DNA of 20,000 bases from the NCBI GenBank assembly GCA_049700835.1, contig JBNAUL010000001.1, positions 44,491 to 64,490 of the forward strand, read 5' to 3'. The notes below the pieces were generated by a model. It worked only from the letters and a program-made list of their open reading frames with translations. It was not told the origin of the DNA and searched no databases. This document shows, in pieces, positions 16,577 through 20,000 of the stretch. Made by a program: the position numbers and the translations under genes. Within the stretch, counting starts at the first letter, position 1. Each line of letters starts with the position of its first letter. Source of the stretch: Candidatus Woesearchaeota archaeon (GTDB lineage Archaea > Nanobdellota > Nanobdellia > Woesearchaeales > WAPY01).

Positions 16577-17440
16577 ATGAAAATAATAAAGATGCCCAAA
16601 AAATGGAAGAAGAAAATTAAAAATTTAATCATGAAATTGTTTGTTCTTATTTTGTTAGCAATAGCAACGATTAATTGGTATTTCAGAGAACTTCCGCAGC
16701 CAGCAATAGTTTTCCTATCTGATGTTAATGTCCCTAAAAAAGAAGACAGAGTGCTGATATTTGCTCCTCATCCAGATGACGAGACAATAGCAACAGGAGG
16801 TTTCATCATCAAGAGTTTGGAAAGGAATGCAAGCGTAAATATAGTAATAATTATGAATGGCAATTGGAAAGGAGAAGAAAAGAAAAGATACGACGAGCTG
16901 AAGGATGCTGCAAGAAGATTAGGAATCGATGAGGAAAACATCTACTTTTTGAACTATCCTGACAATACATTAAAAAAACAGGCTCCTGAAAAGGTTAAGA
17001 AGGAGTTTAGAAGAATTATCAAGGAAACAAATCCTACTTTCATTGTTTTTCCAATCCCAAAAGATTTTCACACTGACCATAAAACAGCAGGAAAATTGCT
17101 AAAGGAAATCATAGTTGAAGACAAACTTTACCAAAAAAACATAACCTTTTATGAATACCTTGTTCATTTCCCAAACTATCCTGAACCGATATTTGGTTTG
17201 AGGAAAACGCTTTCCTTGAGAAAATACTTATTGCCTCCTTCAAGGCTGCTGAGCTTTGATTATTCCTGGCAAAAATTGATTTTGGGTGATGATGAAGAAT
17301 CAAAAAAGTTAGAGGCTGTTCTTTCCTACAAATCGCAACTATCAATAATAAAGGAACCGTTTTTGAGAATGCTTCTCTTTGGCATGGTAAGAAGGAACGA
17401 ACTCTTCATAGTTGATCATGAAATAGAAAATAAAGGCTAG
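16577..17440 (+). CDS. PIG-L/LmbE family N-acetylglucosaminyl deacetylase with an N-terminal membrane anchor
   Basis: APHPDDE and DFHTDH metal-binding motifs, FLNYPD, YKSQL. Hydrophobic LFVLILLAIATINWYF near the N-terminus. Confidence 0.9.
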   Translation: MKIIKMPKKWKKKIKNLIMKLFVLILLAIATINWYFRELPQPAIVFLSDVNVPKKEDRVLIFAPHPDDETIATGGFIIKSLERNASVNIVIIMNGNWKGEEKKRYDELKDAARRLGIDEENIYFLNYPDNTLKKQAPEKVKKEFRRIIKETNPTFIVFPIPKDFHTDHKTAGKLLKEIIVEDKLYQKNITFYEYLVHFPNYPEPIFGLRKTLSLRKYLLPPSRLLSFDYSWQKLILGDDEESKKLEAVLSYKSQLSIIKEPFLRMLLFGMVRRNELFIVDHEIENKG

Positions 17441-17610
17441 TTTTTTCTAATTTGATTGTTCTTGATTAATTTCTCTTTTTTAAACTTTGTATTTTATTAT
17501 GTTTTATATTATCTTACGCTGCGCTAAAAAAACAAAAAAATAAAACAAGCATAAGGAAAACAGATAAATAAAATTAATTGTCTCTTTAATTCTCTCATTA
17601 ATTCCTTAAT

Positions 17611-18726
17611 TTACAAATCTTTGATTTTGTCAAGATCAAAGTAGGTATAAAATAAGAAAACGCGCTCAAATGTCAGCACTGCTGACTCTGCTAAAAATAA
17701 AAATAATAATAATCCAACACTAAGTATTTGAATGGCTAAATTGTTTGTAATGTATAAGTTTAAATAAACTTGTAAAGAAGGGGATGATAAGTAATTCCTT
17801 AATATTGAAAATATAATCAAAATTATAAAAATAACAAAAACCTGTCCTAAGTGGTGCCTTGTTAATTTAAAACTGTGCTCTATCGACTTCAAAGGTCCTT
17901 CTTTTTCAAGAAACATGATTGGAATAACATAAAGAACCCTTAAAATTATAATAAAAATGAATATTAGAAATACAACATATATTAAAGGAACCAGCAAAAA
18001 TCCTAGAACAGAAGAAAAGGTTAAGAAAAAGACACTAATACCTACGCCAACAGATATTATAGTTGTTATTATTAAAAAAACTAATAATTCAACACCTGCT
18101 AACTTTAATAAAAACTTATTTGTAAAATTCAAAACATTATTTAAAGAAAATTTCTCATTTTTGATTGCCAAAGCAATCATTGCATAAGACATGCATGAAA
18201 AATAGAAAGAAAAGAGAGAAATTGCTAATGCAAAAATTACTATCATAATTAAATTTTTAGTGCTAAAAAAGTTTTTATAAGATAGTTTTTAAGTTATTTA
18301 CCTTATCATTTATTTTTTGATCTGCTAGCAATTCCTTCTTTACTTGTTCATCAAGTTCAACACTATATTGCATAAGCGTAAATGTACTATTGTAATATTC
18401 TTCTTCTAGTTTAAGTAATTCTTGAAATTCATCAAATGTCTTTTCCTTTTTTTTCTCTTAATTGGTTTATTTTATCTTCCAACTCGCCCATTCTTTGTAT
18501 TTCTCTCATTAATTCTTCTGACTGTTCAGAATAAATTTTATCCTTTCTAATCTGCATTTCACTGCTTACATTAATTGTATCTTTAATCACTCCTCCTAAA
18601 CCAGATACTCTCAAAAACAAAAAACCTGCTAACAAAATAACAACAAGCGAAAGAAAGGAAGGAATATTATTATCTTGTTATGTTTTAATAAATCAAAATC
18701 TCCTTAAAGTCATTTTCTACTTTCAT
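17611..18726 (-). pseudogene. Frameshifted polytopic membrane protein gene (about 370 codons originally); ORFs 18432-18635 and 17611-18246 are fragments
   Basis: Stitching frames gives MKVENDFKE/FDLLKHNKII/IPSFLSLVVILLAGFLFL...LREKK/EKTFDEFQELLKLEEEYY...KVNNL/KLSYKNFFSTKNLIMIVIF... with four frameshifts. A TTTATATA box lies about 25-30 bp upstream of ATG 18726. Confidence 0.75.
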
Positions 18727-18940
18727 TTAGTTTTTTATTTAAAAGAACTTATATATAAATTTTTGCAAAAAAAAACAAAAAAATTTAAATAAGCAAAAAA
18801 TAAAATGCGTTAAGGTGTGATAAAGTAATACAAAATAAGATAACAAGAAAAATAAGATAGCAAGATTGATTATAAAGATCGATTGTATTAAGATTACTAA
18901 TTAAAAACAAAACAGATGCTAAAAAATTCAAGGTGACAAA

Positions 18941-19807
18941 ATGGAAATAACAAAGGCAGTAATTCCTGCTGCTGGTCTTGGCACCAGATTCTTGCCTGCT
19001 ACAAAAGCCCTACCGAAAGAAATGCTTCCAATAATAGACACGCCTGCAATCCAATACATAATAGAGGAAGCTGTTTCTGCAGGATTGACTGATATTTTAA
19101 TAATAACTGGTCGCGGAAAGAGAGCAATAGAGGACCATTTTGACAAGTGCTTTGAACTTAATCAACTTCTCAAGGACAAGGGAAAGATAAACATTTTAAA
19201 ACAGCTTGAAATGATAGAAAATTTGGCAGACATACACTACATAAGGCAAAAGGAAACTTTGGGTTTGGGGCATGCTGTTTCAATCGCAGAAAGGCACATA
19301 AATGGAGAACCGTTTGCTGTTCTTTTAGGAGACGATATTGTAAAATCAAAAATCCCTTGCATAAAATCTTTGGTTGACGAATCAAAGAAGTTGAAGAGCT
19401 CAATCATCGGGGTTGAGCAAATACCAATTGAAAAGATAAGCAGCTATGGAGTTGTAAAGCCGAGCAAGTTTGTTTCTGAAAGAACGCTTCTTATTGAGGA
19501 TTTGGTTGAAAAACCAAAAGTAGAGGAAGCTCCATCAAACTATGCTATCTTAGGCAGGTTTTTGTTGTATCCTGAAATATTTGACTACATAAAGAAAACT
19601 CCTCCTGGAAAGAACAATGAAATTCAACTCACAGATGCTATAAGATTGATGAAAAAAGATAAAGAAGTGTATGCTCATAAGATAGAAGGAAAGTGGCTAA
19701 CTGTTGGAACTCCTATTGAATATTTAAAAACAACCCTTGAGTTCGCATTTGAAAATCCTGAGATAAAAAAAGAATTGCTTGAATTTCTTAAGGAAAAACT
19801 TTCTTGA
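18941..19807 (+). CDS. galU: UTP--glucose-1-phosphate uridylyltransferase
   Basis: KAVIPAAGLGTRFLPATKALPKEMLP, GLGHAV, LGDD, VEKP and EIQLTDAI. AGGTGA RBS at 18931. Confidence 0.95.
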   Translation: MEITKAVIPAAGLGTRFLPATKALPKEMLPIIDTPAIQYIIEEAVSAGLTDILIITGRGKRAIEDHFDKCFELNQLLKDKGKINILKQLEMIENLADIHYIRQKETLGLGHAVSIAERHINGEPFAVLLGDDIVKSKIPCIKSLVDESKKLKSSIIGVEQIPIEKISSYGVVKPSKFVSERTLLIEDLVEKPKVEEAPSNYAILGRFLLYPEIFDYIKKTPPGKNNEIQLTDAIRLMKKDKEVYAHKIEGKWLTVGTPIEYLKTTLEFAFENPEIKKELLEFLKEKLS

Positions 19808-19845
19808 GTTTTCAAAAAACTTTATAAACACAAATAAAATCCTGA

Positions 19846-20000
<155 letters not shown>

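Noticed and set aside
18781..18900. AAGAT recurrences and an orphan TATA/AGGTG upstream of galU
   Set aside because: Irregular spacing, a short AT-rich motif and no ORF. It could be a decayed gene remnant but this cannot be supported.
47..19403. Numerous antisense or overlapping short ORFs in the track (e.g. 47-361, 3760-4104, 9447-9905, 10295-10624, 13327-13596, 16112-16552, 18928-19146)
   Set aside because: They are shadows of well-supported genes on the opposite strand or another frame, with F/S/L/I-rich composition typical of antisense reading.

Overview
AT-rich (roughly 30% GC by eye), gene-dense archaeal chromosomal DNA. A DPANN lineage (Woesearchaeota/Nanoarchaeota-like) is inferred from the Zn-ribbon archaeal MBF1, AglB-like GT-C proteins, TATA boxes about 25 bp upstream of starts and GGTG(A/G) ribosome-binding sites. 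From left to right the window holds: a surface-glycosylation cluster (two tandem AglB/STT3-like proteins lacking WWDYG, a processive GT2, a CxxC membrane protein, an ArnT/PMT-like GT-C); mbf1, yjbQ and a membrane-anchored ArsR-type regulator divergent from an ABC-2 exporter; a 1.2-kb non-coding region next to a coiled-coil/winged-HTH gene; an N-terminal-half NFACT (Rqc2/FbpA) gene, a bPH-domain membrane protein, a protein with an IS1634-like N-terminus and a PIG-L deacetylase; a multiply frameshifted membrane-protein pseudogene; galU; and the start of an NDP-sugar epimerase. The main discovery is at 11660-13900. The wHTH gene (12858-13619, minus strand) carries seven ATCATGTCC-type repeats inside its linker-coding sequence, spaced on average exactly 10.5 bp apart (one helical turn). 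A second phased array of five copies plus a palindromic copy lies just downstream, next to a 52-bp tract with a single G/C and several other repeat families. This looks like an iteron-bearing initiator/origin module, or alternatively a centromere plus its binding protein, independent of Orc1/Cdc6. The function is inference and is not established.
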